A DNA stretch of 64,000 nucleotides from Antedon mediterranea (lineage: Eukaryota > Animalia > Echinodermata), in the NCBI RefSeq assembly GCF_964355755.1, contig NC_092672.1:9858001-9922000 (forward strand), read 5' to 3'. How positions within the stretch are numbered: the first letter of the stretch is position 1; each line of letters begins with the position of its first letter. Below the pieces are notes generated by a model. That model was given only the letters and a program-made list of their open reading frames with translations, had not been told where the DNA came from and searched no databases. Positions 13,496 to 26,705 of the stretch are shown piece by piece. A program made the translations under genes and the position numbers.

Positions 13496-15646
13496 GTAAG
13501 ATTTTCTTGATTGAACCATGTTTATCATATTCGCTTATCTTTTATATATTGTAATTTTGTCTAGTTATGAGCGAATGCAGTTTATTAAATGAACTAAAAT
13601 GTAGGTCTATAAGTGTGGATACTATCAGCGATATTGATGAAGACGTCGTTGGTGACAACTGGTGACGAAATGAACGATAGTTAGAAAACATGACAATGAA
13701 CAGTTGCAGGTCTAGAAAAGACTATTTCTTTTTAAATGTACTCAATATAAATAGCTTAATTATTCTGTGTTCTGGGCCATAGAGTATCTAGCCCACTTAC
13801 AGGTCCATTCATATTCTGACGTTATTGATTACGTTAGATAGATGATCATTACAACATTAACTATTGATCTAGCTAATTATATTGTTCAGAGTTATTTAAC
13901 GATGATTGTAATAATTTGTTTGGGGTATGATGTAACGTTGAATCGTGTTGATCTTTGTAAATTGATCAAACTTTTTATATACCTTAAACCGTTAAAATGT
14001 TACGGAATATACTTTTTTAAAATAATATCGTTACGTATTGAGTTCAGTAATTTTAAAGTGCTTACAGTAGTCTACCCAGGGAAGAGTGGAATTCACTCTT
14101 CCATCGTTTTGTACTAGGCCTAATGCTGGTATGTTTCCAAGCGGCAGTATTTTTATAGTTGAATATACCAACCACATCAACAAGACAATACAAAAAATCC
14201 GACATCATAATTGTAATTCAGTGTCAGGTTCAAATTCAAATTTAAAACGATTTTATTTGATGGTTCCCCCGCTCGCCCTTTTTCGATACATCAACAACCT
14301 CTTTTGTATTATTTTACACTTTTGGCTCAGTGTCCATGAATCGTATGTTATTACCAACGCAGTTTAACGTATTTAGTAAGTTAAAATGTCTCCTTTTACT
14401 CTTATCTATCATATACTTTCTTGTGATTGGTACAATTTTAAATTTGGTAAGACGTACTGATATCAATCGTGATATTATATGTTGGTATTAATTCGTTATC
14501 TTATATTGAACAATACTTTCATTGCATTTTAATTATATTATCTTGTAGGTAGGCTCCAATCATGTCTGTTAGTTAATATCTGTACGTAGTTTTCAGAATA
14601 ATAATGTGCACTAGGCCTCTGTATAAGCCTAATCACTTAATCAAGCAATCAAAGTAACATGTATTTCTTATAATTTCATAATAAATAAAAATTAACAGTT
14701 TAATACGATTAAAATAAGAGGGGCAACATTCCAAAAAAGCAAAGCTTGAAGGCAGCCTAAGAAATACATTTTATCCATTATTTCATAACTGAAATATTCA
14801 TAACTAACTAGATTAATTATATTATCGGTATACTGCTGTCATAGTATTGTCTCTCTCTCTCTCTCTTTCTTCTCATCTTGACACTTGACATGATACCCCG
14901 TGTGCGCACGAACACGTTCCGAATGCCATTAACATATTTGTGAGTTTGCGCCACGGACTGCCGATGGTCAAAAGTATCGACATAAGTTCGCTTTTATATC
15001 AGATAGATATTTAGATAACATGAATGTGTAAAGTACATCCTACGGCGGTTTTTTTAACTGCCGTCATCTTGGGACAAGACCTACTTTCTATGCAAATTGT
15101 ACTCGTGGTTTTTGCACACATGTATAGGCCTATCTATACAACGTGTTATTGGCGAATCTGTATCGTTTCAAGTTGGAGTTACAATGGTAGGGGTTGCTAG
15201 TCTCCGTAATAGAAATCAATTAGCACTCAGTAGGCATGGGTTGAATATTAACCACACATCTTTGTACTAAATGTGACCCATCTAGACAAAAAGTCTTCAA
15301 CGTATCGGTCTAGTTTTGATGACATTTAGATCATTGTTAGTTGTTAAGTTTGCTCATTAATTTGTTCTTGAGAATGGTTCCATGATATTTGTCATTACAT
15401 TTTATTTTATAGTTACAGTAAACGTCTTTCCTTTCTTATTTTATAGAAAAATAAAGGGCGCTAAAAAATTGTGGGCTTTACAGTCTATACAAATAGTTAA
15501 GGAAAGTTATTAGGTTATACCTTTTGGGGGCTTAGAATACTTTTCATTAAGAATTATAGGCCTTATTGTTAGGAAAATTGCGTATTCTTTGAAGAAGAAT
15601 GCAATTTTATATTTTATTGTCATCAATACCGTAATGTAATAATAAT

Positions 15647-16197
15647 AACTAGAGGGTACTCCGAGAGTACAAACCTCCGCCTACTGTCAAATTCCCCTAC
15701 ATAAAATGTCCCCGGAAAATATATATATTTTTTAACATTTTTTTTATTAGTTCTAACTGTAAATAGGCCAACTACACACTACGAAGTTGTGAATGAGAGT
15801 TTGGTGTAATGGTTATGTATCCAGGCTCTCACAGTTGAGATCGCTGGTTCAAGTCCCTTTGAGTTTTTTTTTTTTTTTTTTTGTGGACCTTATCTTTGAC
15901 CCTGACCTTTCAAAATTTAAACATAATTATATGATGAGTCATTGATCATTGTGACTAAGTTTGGTGAAAATTTGATAAAAACTGTGGTCTCTAGGCAGTA
16001 AAATAGTTTTTTTGTTAGTTGTAACCTTGACCTATGACCTTATCCCCTCACAATCGAACTCGTCCAAGCTTTTGGGGCATAGATCATTGTGGCCAAATTT
16101 GGTGAGAATCGGATGAAAACTGTGGCCTCCAGGCTCTTCACAGACACACACACACAAACATACAGGGGTGAAAATATAACCTCCTTGGCGGAGGTAA
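15647..16197. mobile_element. Helentron-associated non-autonomous element (HINE/DINE-1-like)
   Basis: Subterminal inverted repeats ACCTCCGCC (~15673) and GGCGGAGGT (~16187). Terminal hairpin ACCTCC-TTGGC-GGAGGT, a (CA)n tract, and internal TGACCTT / AAATTTGGTGA..ATCGGATGAAAACTGTGG repeats. Both flanks are (AAT)n. Confidence 0.7.
15795..15882 (+). pseudogene. tRNA-like (Glu-CTC-like) Pol III cassette inside the HINE
   Basis: A box TGGTGTAATGGT, anticodon-loop-like CTCTCAC, B box GGTTCAAGTCC, then T19. The stems are degenerate. Confidence 0.5.
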
Positions 16198-17091
16198 TAA
16201 TAATATATAGTAGTATGGCAGACGTCTGTCGCAAACGACAATGTCAAAAATAGAATACCTATAATATATAGAATAAACTGTATAGCGAGCAAGAATATAT
16301 TTTTGTCAATGTTACTTCACCATTCTATCTGGAGTCCTATATAAAACTCTCTTGATTACTAACTTATCAATTCTTATTCTGTTTGTATGTTGCTATAAGT
16401 GAACATCCTTCTTACAGTCTCAATAGACTGTGTTAGTCTTTCTTCTGGCTGTAAAGAAAACGTTTAGGCGTCATTGACACAGTGGTCCATTGGGATAGAC
16501 TCGTTAAGGCAGGTAGTGCCAAATCCTCCTTGTATTAGGAGTTTCTTTGAAAGTTTACATAATAGAAAATACACTTCACCGAGTTCGTGGCCCCTACATA
16601 TTATTAATTAATACAAATAGTAGGCCAAATATACAGAGAAAAGCAACTGCAGTATTGAGGTGAACATTTTTCCATAATTAAACCCTGCGTATGTTCACCG
16701 TGTTTTTTTTTTACACCAACAATATGCCTTTACTTTATTCAGTTTTAAGGTAGGCTCAGATTGTTTTCTCTTTACAGTCATTATTATTAGTATAGTTTTT
16801 AAATTACCAAGCATGTTATTTAAGAATGTTTCTTCAAATCCACTACGGGATAGCAGCAGCCATATTTCGAACCGTGTTTTACCACTATATTGATAATTGA
16901 TAGGTTTAGTCGATGTATATTTAGAAATGATTTATAAGACAGTCCTAAATTTGTAGGACTAGGCCTACTAAGAGCAGCTGAATTTCGATTCATATAACAC
17001 ACTTTCCACTTTTACCATAAACTACTGAACAATTGCAATCTTTGATGTAATTATGTGATCACCATCTTCCTTTGATTTGGATATATTAGGC

Positions 17092-17447
17092 CTATAAACG
17101 AATTTGTAAAGCGTCAATTCCAGCAACAATTAGTGATCAAAGGTGATGTGGACTTAGATGTTACATCTTTTCAACAACATTCTTCTCCCCTAAGGGTCAC
17201 ATCGTGTCATCGGCAGCCAACTACGGCGCCATCACGTCTGTCCACGACAGTGTGTATGTATGAACTAGTACACCGGGGTAACCCCCTACTCATCTCGAAA
17301 GATGTACTAGGTTCTTTAAAGTGCACATGAGCCAGATGTACACTGGACCTACGGTTTATAGTCCTTATCCGAGAAGACATTGTTCTACCACCAGAACCAT
17401 GGAGCGAGTGAGCCTCGAACCCTTGCCGATGTTATGGCTATGGATTA
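17092..17447 (-). mobile_element. tRNA-derived Deu/Nin-domain SINE, 5'-truncated
   Basis: 17264-17447 is a close reverse complement of ~61863-62050 (B box, GTCTTCTCGGATAAGGACTATAAACCGTAGGTCC, GTGCACTTTAAAGAACC). The 3' part differs and ends GACGCTTTACAAAT. Confidence 0.75.
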
Positions 17448-17561
17448 TAATAATATGTATTATGCTCTTTTAATCGTTTAGGAATAATACTGTAGTTTTA
17501 GTTGTAGGAGGCCTCAATGTGTATAATATATTTTTCAGCAGCCTTTTCAGAATTTAGGATT

Positions 17562-17719
17562 AGCTCTGTCTACACTATTAAACTTCATGTGCAAAATCAT
17601 GTGATTTGCCCATATATGGACATGATGATGTCATATCACACTACTATATTTTGGCATGTCACTACCATATTTGGGCACATCACACTTTTTTTGTCAAACT
17701 AGTTTGATAGTGTAGAGCT
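17562..17719. mobile_element. Harbinger-like MITE, family B
   Basis: TIRs AGCTCTGTCTACACTATTAAACT / AGTTTGATAGTGTAGAGCT with TTA-like flanks. An inverted second copy lies at 27740-27865. Confidence 0.7.
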
Positions 17720-19624
17720 TTATGTAGATATTAACATGTTTAGTATTGATGTTTAACACAACCATCTCGTTGTATTTATTACGTCGTTATCTGTTCTATT
17801 TCACATTACATTTAATAGCAATTAATAATAAAGCCATGTGACCTCAGTTAAAGATAAATCCTTTAAAGTAATCTAAACGACATTCATAATGTAACCAAAA
17901 TATGAAAAATACTCCATCCAGTTGTAAGGAACCACAAACAGACTAATTGAAATGTTCTATTTAAAACATATCTGAAGATTTATATGTTACTATCTTTAAA
18001 AGGGTCACGTTCGTACAGCGCGACATTGCTAAATCGTCAATTCAGTTTCGTAAAACCGCTTTGATCTGTGTATCTGTGTAGGTTTACTCCGATTTGGTCG
18101 TATTGCATCGATTTGTTCATTCATTCATCTAAAAATGTCTTAGAAAATACGCCAGACAAAAATAACCGTTTTACCGCATTTTCAATGTGTACAATATAAA
18201 CATATGAAGGAAGACGTGACCTACTTTTTTTTACAAATCATGCTTATGAATATGATTAATATAAATAAATACATTCTTTGAATGACGCAACCAGATACAA
18301 TACAATAACTTTAATAAAATTTTATTATAGGCATTTTGATTTTCCTTTGGGTGCAAAGATGCGACTACCCCTTAATATGGTATAGTTTGTGGTAATTTAT
18401 GTTGAATGTATTAATTACATAATAAGTATACCACAATAATTTATATTTTCCTTTTTACCAAAACTGTAACTAGTTATTGCATAGATTTTATGAAACCATT
18501 TTCGAATGTTTAAGAAGGTCATTAATGTGATGCAAAACTTTAATAAATCTCTTTATAATAAGTATGTTATTTAAATAAAATGGAGAATAATACACTAAAT
18601 ACGCTAAATTGTGTCTCCCACGAAAGATCTCAAGAAAGTGTTACAATCACCATTGAATATCACTGCGATGACGTCGTATTATATTATTTTGTATTCATAT
18701 CATAATTATTTAAAACGTATATCTATATTAACGTTCTTATTAATATTAATGTTATCAACGCAGTATGTGTGTTTGAAATCAATGTATATAGTTAGATTAC
18801 CCTAAGGGGCTTCATAGACTCATTACCCCCAGTTTATTGTTTCCCTGTCTGTTCAATCCAATCCAATCTAATCAGCTGTGATATGCACATTCCTTATACT
18901 ACTTTATAAGATTAACTCTAGGCATGGCGTTTCGGTTATTAGAAGCTAAACCATGTAGAAGAGTATAGAAGTAAATGTTGACAATTCCCTGTATAAACTG
19001 CAAATACACCTCATACAGTAGGATTTAAAGTAATAAAATCTCCCCGTGTACTCTATCTTGATTATTTATGCAGTATAGAAAACATTATTTTATTACTTAA
19101 CAATAAGAATATTGTAATTGAGGATTTTTTGACGTCCTAATTTTCTGCAATTTTGGACGAACATATTATTGTGAATATGACTATATCTATTTCAAAATTC
19201 AAAAGATTCAAGATTCAATTTATTGTCACATAATGTAACATAGAATTGAATTGAATTGAATTTATTTGGAAATAATAAAATCATCATCATAAAAAATACA
19301 TACAAAGTGATAACATAAATTACGGACATTACAAATAATACATTTATAAAAGATTTTCAAGGATAGCCCAAAAAGCTTATCAGCTTATTTCCATTGGGAT
19401 CCTTGATGTTTGTTTTCCTGACCTTAGAAACATAGATACAATACAATTTAAAACACAATATAAAAACGTATCGTATCACCTTAACTAATTATCTTGAAAA
19501 ATGTACATTATATATATACAAGCATAGGCCCTATAGGAAAAAAGGAGTCCCATTGTTCTTTATTTGATAACTCAATAGAAAGGAAAAAAATAACACAATT
19601 CGATACAGACTAAAATGCATTGTT

Positions 19625-19955
19625 ACAGCTAGCAGGCCATTAACTACTCGTAACGTCTCCATCTCACACGGTTCTGGGTGATTCCTTCCAACCCTGTCCA
19701 GTTATATAACGAGTATTTCCACTTCCCTGTCAAGTTCTCGCATCTATAGGTGTTTCTTGGGCATCTTCTGTATCTTTCTTGTGAGCTCCAGGGGGCGTGC
19801 CTATGCATGGTTTGTCTCTCCTCAGTGTGTGACCATCCATATTTCCGTCTCCATCTCTCTTTCCACTGGCTCCATCTAAGTCTTTTCCCGCAGATGATAA
19901 TTACTTCTCGCCACCATATTCCTCCTCGCCACCGAATCCTTCGTAAACATTATTG
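19625..19955 (-). mobile_element. Degenerate 3' end of an RTE-clade LINE
   Basis: Minus-strand translation across frameshifts gives EPVERE, GHTLRR, PWSSQERYRRCPRNTYR and YNWTGLEGITQNRVRWR. These match the RTE C-terminal pattern GHTLR..W.PQG.R.RGRPRNTW..W..LE..AQDR..WR. Confidence 0.7.
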
Positions 19956-20272
19956 ATGAAAACTTGAATTTTCGTTATTAATTAATTAGTAATTCTCAAT
20001 ATTTCGATCCATTATTATAGCAATTTTAATTATATTATAATTGAATACTTTGATCTTCGTCTGTATAAGTGTTATAATTGTATAGCATATCGCCTAAAAC
20101 GAATGAGCTATTAAAAAACAAACGATATTTCATGGTACCTTTTATAGTGTTAAGTTGTAGCCTACTTACTAGGCCTAAACTATGACCATGGATTATTCAT
20201 TAATCCATGATATGGTCATAGAGATATTATGACCAATCGAGCGTGTATTGTTATGACAGAAAGTCCTCCCCT

Positions 20273-20327
20273 TATGAGGTTAAGGCAGAGATCATAAATT
20301 ATTCATGATTTCTGCCTTAACCCCATA
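20273..20327. repeat. Imperfect inverted repeat (hairpin, ~27-bp arms)
   Basis: TATGAGGTTAAGGCAGAGATCATAAAT / ATTCATGATTTCTGCCTTAACCCCATA. Confidence 0.6.
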
Positions 20328-21414
20328 GAAAAAAATGGGATGATTTTCTATAATGTCTAGTTTTGTGGAAATCCGTGAGTCTAGTTGTAGCGGTTGGCTC
20401 CTTTCATCGTCTGGATTATCACACATGCAGCTGCCCCTTCACATTAATTACTAACAGCATGCTAGCTAGCCCCCTACAAAAACAGATAATTAAACTTTAG
20501 TTTATATGGTAAGGGAATGTTAATTATACTAGTCATTATATGTTTACGGGGGTTAGGCCTTATACTTAAAAAGCGTCAAATCATGGAAACTATAGTGGTA
20601 GGCCTACACATTGAAATCAGCAGTTCTGTAGTTTTTCTAATGCCATTTTTTTCTACAAACCTTTTAAATGATGTATTTAATGCCAGGATGGTCTACAAAT
20701 TGTTTTCTAGAACATATATTACAACATTTAAGTAGGCCATAACATATTGTATTTATACTTTATCATTTTAAAATAACTGCTGACTCGGTAGAAATGTACT
20801 ATTGATTTAAAATGATAGTTTTAGTGAGTTTAGCGTTATTGATACTGTAAAAACAAACATTATTTTAAATAGTTAACTGAAATTAATTCCCAATTCACCT
20901 ACTCCGACATTGTGGCATCTCATTCAACTAATAACATCACAGCCTATTATTAACAATTTTAAACTATAGATTGAATGTTCGTAATCGCCGTTACTGTAAT
21001 TGATACGTTTAGCGGTGATCAGATAAAACATTTAAACATTTATCTATTAACCATGATTTACCGTAATTCTATTATGTTCATCAAAATAAACGAATCAATT
21101 AGTGGTCTCGTTAATGTGTTCTTGTCATACTTTAATAAGATTAAGCTGTAAACATGTTACTACCAATTACCACCATGAATAGACTTTAAGAAATATTCAA
21201 CTGATATGATATCAATAAAAGATTTGCAATTTTGTTGAATAAGTTGAGTGTTGAGTCTATTTACATTGTGAGATTCTATGCTCGTGTTATCTTTACATTT
21301 AAGAAAGAGTTTTAATGAGTTGTATAAATATTCGTCTGCTTTTCATAATTATCAACATAACGGTATATTTTACATGCGGACGCACCCGATTCTCGTACGG
21401 CGTTGTTTCATGCA

Positions 21415-21850
21415 ATCGACGGCACATACAGCGTTGAAACACCGGTTCTCGTCAGATCATCGAAGTTAAGCAATGCTGGACCCGGTTGCATTCTGGTTAG
21501 GAGAAAGTCTGGAATCGCGGCAGGTGCTGTATATACCGGAGAGTGATGTGTAATGATAATATCGGACTAGCATTTGATCGAACCTATCTGTACCATATTA
21601 ACTTATCCTTAGGCAAGATGCTTTACTATCATTGCCTCGTCCTTCGGATGGGACGTAAAGCCGTTGGTCCCGTGTACATAGTGCACGTTAAAGAACTTGT
21701 TACACTATTCGCAAAGAGTATGGGACGTCTCCCGATGTGCTGATCTGGTAGGCGCTGCACTGCTGGCTGCCGTGGGTCCGCGGAGGGCCTAATCCGTATT
21801 TCCTCAGTTTCCAGTTAATCTTGAGGACAAATATAAAACATGTAAATACC
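21415..21850 (+). mobile_element. 5S rRNA-derived SINE (SINE3) with CORE-like and Deu/Nin domains
   Basis: 21415-21531 aligns by eye to 5S rRNA (ACGGCACATACAGCGTTGAAACACCGGTTCTCGTCAGATCATCGAAGTTAAGCAA...GGTGCTGTA). CORE-like TCCTTAGGCAAGATGCTTTAC at ~21606. Deu-like GTCCTTCGGATGGGACGTAAAGCCGTTGGTCCC..GTGCACGTTAAAGAAC at ~21639-21696. Confidence 0.75.
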
Positions 21851-22603
21851 TTATAGCCTATCCGCAATCCGCACGGATCATTGGTCTTTTATATAGTTCA
21901 CATCAGAGATTGCATGTTTGTATTTTTATGTATGACAATGAGAAATAGTATTTCTTTATTGGAAAATGAAGATGAACATTATCTGTATATTTCCAAATCT
22001 TTTAGTCTCTTTCTCCGAGCCATTGTATAATGAATCTTAATAATATTCACTATTATTATTCAAGAAATGTCTCCAGTCCCTTAATTTATAGTTAATTCAT
22101 TTTGATATTCTTCAATTTATTTTTTAATTTAATTACGTCTAGTCTTTATATAAACGCCCACTCTTTATGGCGTCTAGATTATTAATATTATTATGCCATT
22201 GTGATGAATATCTATTAACTAAGCTGAATTTTAATTTAATACAGTTTTTATTTTATAGAATAGGCTGAAATAATACTGTTTTTTTAAAGTGACGTAATGA
22301 ATTACGTTTTACTGTAGCACAATAGTAACCGTACCTTACACACGTGCGTTTTTGTCAGTCAAACAATGGAGATCAATTGCTTTACCAAACTCTCGGAAAA
22401 CTCAGTCGATTATCGTGCGGTATCACGTCTAGCGACGTTAAACATTCTGCAGTATCGCGTCACTCTGCTGACACAGAAACATAGCATGCCTTAACGTCCG
22501 GATACGGAATGTAATTTTATTTTTAGAGGCGTCGTCATGTTAGTTTGCGCACAATCCCTGTCGGCCACATATCTAAAGATTGGATGATCACCAATCACGT
22601 AGT

Positions 22604-23090
22604 AATTGGTCAATTTACGTAAGCTTGGTTCCCACTAGGACGCAACGTAATGGCGTAGACCCAACTCAAATGAGTTGACCAATGACAAGCGATAGTTCGA
22701 ATAATCCATCACTTGTGATTGGTCAAATTCCTTACGTTGCGTTACGTCGTTGTGTTGCGTCTCTAGTGGGAAGCACGCATTACGTTGCGCTTACGTCCTT
22801 GCGTTCCGTCCTAGATTATAAATATTAAAGCAAAAAAAAACAAAAACAAATTAATGAAGGTTAGGTTAGAACGTGATGTCTTTAACGTATACCATTTTGT
22901 TTCCCAAACGGGAAAGCATTTTAATAGACGCAACGCAAGCGAGTTGACCAATTCCAAGCGGCAGTTTGAATAATCCATCGTCAAATCACTTACGTTGCGC
23001 TTACGTAAATTGTATTTCTTCTCTAGTGGGAACCAAGCATTACGTTGTGCTTACGTAATTGCGTTGCTTCTTTAGTGGGAACCAAGTATT
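22604..23090. mobile_element. Cluster of family-A Harbinger MITE copies with tandemly repeated right ends
   Basis: AGCTTGGTTCCCACTAG at 22622. CTAGTGGGAA(G/C)CA-type ends at ~22764, ~23023 and ~23072. Repeated TTACGTTG(C/T)GCTTACGT segments. Confidence 0.7.
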
Positions 23091-24710
23091 ATGCTGTGTT
23101 AACCATGCGTTTGCATATCGGTTGACACCTTAAAACATTATCATCTCTCTAAAGTATTATAATTTCGCTATGTATTCACCTATGCTCAGATTCCAAGCTG
23201 TTTTACACTTGTCGTCCACACCTGAAAATACAATTTCTATTGTTGTCATTTGACGGGGATCACGCTTCTCAATTAAACCCCTGTGGAGCGATCACGCAAA
23301 ACAAGATCGTTTTCTTAAACGAAATATAATACAAATCGTTTCAACGGTATTCACAACCATAACGGCATATCTCATGACAGCATTTTAATAAACGTAAATT
23401 GAGTTATGTATATTGAAATGCCCATACGATGTACAGGATAGGTTGGCGTCGTATCGCTTATATGTGAATTTATAAGTTATTGTTATTTCATTCACGGTTA
23501 ATTAACAGTAGCCCATCGGTTAATTTGTTACGTTTCATTAGCGAACCCTTATAATCCACGTGCGTATGATATTACCACTTATTAACAAAGTGTTTGCAAG
23601 GATTCAGAGATGTTGATAATATATCGCATTCAAAAATGTAATAAATGCATTTCTTTCTGATGTGTGTTTTAAAAAATGATGCAGCTCACTTATAATGTAC
23701 CAATCATCTTAACATAACACAGACACTATGCATTGTAATTTGTTAAAATAATATTAATTTTGTAATATTATATATAGTTTAATATTTAATTTCTTTGTCA
23801 TTTTATTAATTTTTGATTTTGTTTTTGTCAATCAGCACATTGTTTATTTTTGTGTGTGTTTTTTTTTCTGTAATTTCTGTTTCTTTAAATTAATGAATAA
23901 AGGAAAACCAAATCAAAGTATTTTGTAATTATCGGTTAGCTCTCTTGACGTTATTTTTAATACATCGATGCTTGATTAATAAACTGATTATTAAGAATAC
24001 TATAAGTGTTTGTTGATGGCATTGGATTTTTACTAAAACTGTTGAATGCTAATTCCAGTAGAATCCATTAAATTTACAGGTTTAGCCTCAGTGATGGAAC
24101 TTAATTTAGTTTATTAATAATACTGCAAGATTTCATTAGTTAAATTACTTGGAACGGCATCTCATAAATATCGATAATTTGAAAAAAAATGGTCCGTTTT
24201 CTAATTACATAAATGGTAATAAGTCACGAAATTGCAGATTTGTAGAATTATTTATTTCTGCTGTAGTATTCTGTTATTTCAATTCAATTCAATTCAATTT
24301 ATTTATTTTCCAGAAGACATACAAAACATATAATACAATAAAAAATACAAACACAAGAAAACTGACACCAGTCTGGCGGATTGTAGTCATAAACATTATG
24401 AATGTATCTTGTTGCTTTTCAAATTCATTTAGATTTTCCACAAAAAAAATCATTGATTATCATCGTACGAGAATTGATTTCTATAGAATACCGTTTTTCG
24501 CCTGCTGTGAATACTTTCATTTTTTCTCTTTGAGACTTGATTTGAAATTCAAATCATTGCCCACCTCTTGTATTGTAAAAACATATATTTGTGGAGGTGG
24601 TTCTTTTTTTGGAACTTCCAAAACGATTGATGAACGCTCTGTTTGAACTCTGTGTCTATGTGTCGGTATTTACAATATACTGGTATTATTTTTGGGAAAT
24701 ATTCCATTTT

Positions 24711-24818
24711 TGTCAGTAGATAGAGTCTAACTGACTATCGCAAGTCATATAATATTTAATACAGCCACATTTGTTTCTACATGAATTGCGATAGTCAGTT
24801 AGACTCGATCTACCAACA
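24711..24818. repeat. Inverted repeat with ~38-bp arms (MITE relic or fold-back)
   Basis: TGTCAGTAGATAGAGTCTAACTGACTATCGCAAGTCAT / ATGAATTGCGATAGTCAGTTAGACTCGATCTACCAACA. Confidence 0.7.
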
Positions 24819-26619
24819 GCTGCAAAAAGTGGTAGCCTGTCAGCAGTTCAAACTTTCGGTTTCCATAAACCATAATATACATTGCTGTTTAGTTAAAAAC
24901 ACTCTTATTACAGTATTATTACAGTCTTACACTATATTTGTTGATCTTTGTTGCCGCTGTATTTTTTGTGTTTGTTTTTCAATATGTTGATGTAATTTTC
25001 TCCGTTAAGAAGTAGCTATGATGGCAATCTCGAATATAGTTGAAGGAGTTTGTTTAGCTGCAGATCCAGTCTATCGTATTCTGCGATACATATCGTTTAA
25101 AGTTTTTACTGTCGAACGAAAGGTTGTTCGCGTATCCGTTGCCACTCAAACATGTATTTGAATATTATGCGTTGGATATGGTTAAAGTTATTAAAACACA
25201 TAGATAAAATTGACTAACACTTTATTTCTTTTTATCTGCTCAATTAACTTCTCTCGTACCATCACCTCGTCGTTTAGTTGTATTTATTTTATTTACTCAA
25301 TTACGTCATTAAACACTAGTGACGCAGTTTCTAAGTATATCGATATATAATTTCAAATTCTGAAAAATCGTATTACAAAAATACTTCATATATGTCATCG
25401 TACTTTCGAAGGATCTAAATGATCTGTCTGTATCAATATCAGCTGATCTTTCTTAGAACTAGTCGATTTTAACTAGCACTAGGCCTATATAATCTCGTGT
25501 TATGGCTTACGGTATACTCCGTTTTATCGTCATACATTATCTCCACTTTATCGTTTTTAGACAAAATTGTCTGAGGAATGGTTAAACTATTGTACATTGC
25601 AGTCGGTCTTTCATTTCCACATCATGATATTTTATGTCTAGGAGTATATCATAGAGAAGAGTTATAATACAAATCATATAGGCCTCTATGTATCACATGT
25701 GTTAAGTTAAATGTTTGTTTTATATCCTATGATACTAGGTGTTGCATGTGATACCAATGACACTGTATTACATAGTTTGCCTGTGCTGTACATATTACAG
25801 ACATAGCATATAACATTTTATAAACGGTAACATCAAATACAAGCATATCCTTACACCCAATTGGGCCTGGAAACAAATATTATACAGAATATAGATTGTT
25901 GAGAATTAACATGCGGTGTAACTTGCGTAAATTGTTCTTAATAGTTAATGTAGATTTCAATTATGTATACATTATTGGTAACACATTAAATTAGGCCAAT
26001 AACTTCCTTATGTGTAGGTTCCATACATAACAAATGCGTTACTATGGCAGCAATGTATGTTTTTTGATTGGTTTATTTAATTATTTTTTGGCCTTCAAAG
26101 CATGTAATTAGAATCTTGAATAATAAAAAATCGTTGCATAATAATTTGTCTGAGTTGAAATAAATATTTATGATCTTTTTATCGTGAAGTTTTACTGCCC
26201 ATTCAAACTGTAGGCTATAATAACAGAAAATATACAAAAACAATACAGTTTAATGATTATAAAAATATATATATATATATATTCTAATTACTCTTCCATT
26301 TTTAACTTAAGTTGTTTTCTCTTCAAAAGGAAACGGTATTAATATATTATTAGTTCTTAATAGAATACCCGTGTTTAAAAACATTAACTAAATTCTCTGT
26401 TAAGAAGGTACATTTTTTTCTAGCTATTAAAACACTTGCATTTGTCATTATAGTACAAATCTGCGTTCTTGATAAAATAGAAGTGGTAGGGGAATAACCT
26501 GCGACATGTGAAAACACAACAACTTTCTTCTCTCTGCTAATAATCCACTGTGTCGTACAGCTAACAACAAACGGCGCTCATTCGTATTCCGACAATACCA
26601 GGGTTTAGGTGGTCGTCCG

Positions 26620-26705
26620 GTATATCAGGGTACAACTACTTCTCCGAAAGAGGGGTTGTTTAAAGTGCACACTTGAGCCAGATGTGTACACTGTACCTCT
26701 GGTCC
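26620..26705 (-). mobile_element. Deu-SINE fragment
   Basis: TTTAAAGTGCACA..TGAGCCAGATGTGTACACTG matches ~17315-17345. Confidence 0.5.

Noticed and set aside
21415-21531. Functional 5S rRNA gene
   Set aside because: It has many substitutions and indels, is not in a tandem array, has no oligo-T terminator, and continues into a SINE body.
24149-24646. 165-aa ORF
   Set aside because: TTG start and low-complexity AT-rich translation spanning a (TTCAA)n retroelement tail, with no recognisable domain.
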